From: Chiloscyllium plagiosum
Lineage: Eukaryota
NCBI RefSeq assembly: GCF_004010195.1
Contig: NC_057725.1
Coordinates: forward strand, 39,931,652 to 39,995,651
Reading direction: 5' to 3'
Length of the DNA: 64,000 nucleotides
The notes under the pieces are model-generated. The model was given only the letters and a program-made list of their open reading frames with translations. It did not search any database and was not told the DNA's origin. This document shows, piece after piece, positions 62,976 to 64,000 of this stretch; the stretch's first letter is position 1; the number at the start of each line of letters is the position of its first letter. Made by a program: the position numbers and the translations under genes.

Positions 62976-63150
62976 TTCTGAAGTATTTATGCTGTGATGT
63001 TGGGATTGGGTGTCTTCAGGCTGACCCAGGTTTGGTTCTCTGATGATGGCTAATGCTTCAGACTCCATGGTATGGATTTAGTGATTTAGCATGAGACTTT
63101 GCAGAAATGTTATATAGTGTAGTGCAGGAGTCCAATTCCATTCACACAAT

Positions 63151-63312
63151 AGAAACCAAAAGAACTGTGGATACTGCAAATCAGAAAACCCCCCAGAAAT
63201 GACTAGAAGAGCTCACCACATCTGGAAGGGTCACTGGACCCCGAAATGTTAGCTGATTTCTCTCCACAGATGCTGCCAGACCTGCTGAGCTTTTCCAGCA
63301 ATAATTGTTTTT
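63151..63312. mobile_element. Short fold-back PLE pLTR insertion
   Basis: The left arm is a diverged reverse complement of the pLTR 3' part. The right arm starts aagggtcactggacccgaaatgtt, i.e. hammerhead stem II plus GAAA. Confidence 0.75.
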
Positions 63313-63702
63313 ATTCCCCATTCATGCAATGTCATTTCCCATTTCACTGTGTGCACCGTGACAACTGCTGTTTTTGCTATAGTCAAGCTCTGTCCACATT
63401 GACATTTTTGACATGCCATGCGTGGCTCTGGCCTCAACCAAACCTTCTGCCTCTTTCATCTTTCATTACACTCTTGGCACATCATTTGCTTCTTGCCTTT
63501 GCTTCTCTCTATCTCACTCATTAGTACTCACCTATGCTTCTGCCCTCACAGTTGGAGCTGTGATCCATGCTCAGTCTTTTCTGGTGACCAAGAGGCCAGT
63601 TCAGGGCAGAGGATGAAGTGCTATGGTTATTGTGTGAAGGATGGTAGCCATTAGGTTTGTCCAAGCATAACACATAAGTACATGTTATTTTTGTCTATAG
63701 CC

Positions 63703-64000
63703 TGTTATGATCCCAGCTAATGATAACATTGAACAAGTCTGATCCAAGAGAAGAACTTGACCTGATAAACCATGAATTTTTTTTTTCCTTTTGTTTATTG
63801 TGGAAGTCAGTCACTGAGCATATACACAAGAGACTATCATTTGAAATAATAGAACATGAAAGTTAGCTAAACAAAGGTAAAACATAAATTAGATGACACC
63901 ACACAAGAACTATTGGAATAATCTCATTACAAATATCAGAAAGACAGATTCATCCCTTTTACCCTGGCAATTGCCTCATACTCAAACCTCAGTGAAGTCA
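63703..64000 (-). mobile_element. Possible LTR running off the window
   Basis: Starts TGTTATGATCC and loosely resembles the reverse complement of the LTR-like end at ~14750-15006. Confidence 0.35.

Overview
Vertebrate genomic DNA, repeat-rich and CpG-poor. The repeat content (HE1/V-type SINEs, HER1/CR1 LINEs, Penelope-like elements) points to a cartilaginous fish, most likely a shark; this is an inference. The + strand carries the last seven coding exons of ZNF143/Staf (940-38665), a 500-N gap (39771-40270), and the last four coding exons and 3'UTR of WEE1 (40703-~46160). This matches the conserved ZNF143-WEE1 gene order, so the 5' part of WEE1 should lie in the gap. The rest is transposon-derived: two near-full-length, decayed L1-clade LINEs with target-site duplications (TSDs), many CR1/L2 fragments, tRNA-derived SINEs, three Tc1/pogo-type MITEs, solo LTRs, and about ten Penelope-like element (PLE) insertions. 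No prokaryotic-type system is present, and most short ORFs in the track are noise or transposon remnants. The most interesting signals are: (1) a dispersed set of PLE-borne minimal hammerhead ribozyme motifs, with four short insertions whose 5' breakpoints all fall at hammerhead stem II; (2) long inverted PLE duplications inside introns; (3) three rearrangements involving the SINE tRNA head; (4) YY1 motifs at both L1 5' ends; (5) a four-layer nested insertion stack; (6) miRNA/CPE motifs in the WEE1 3'UTR and a CTCF-like site. Boundaries of old repeats are approximate. Comparisons with human proteins are from memory, not from a database search.
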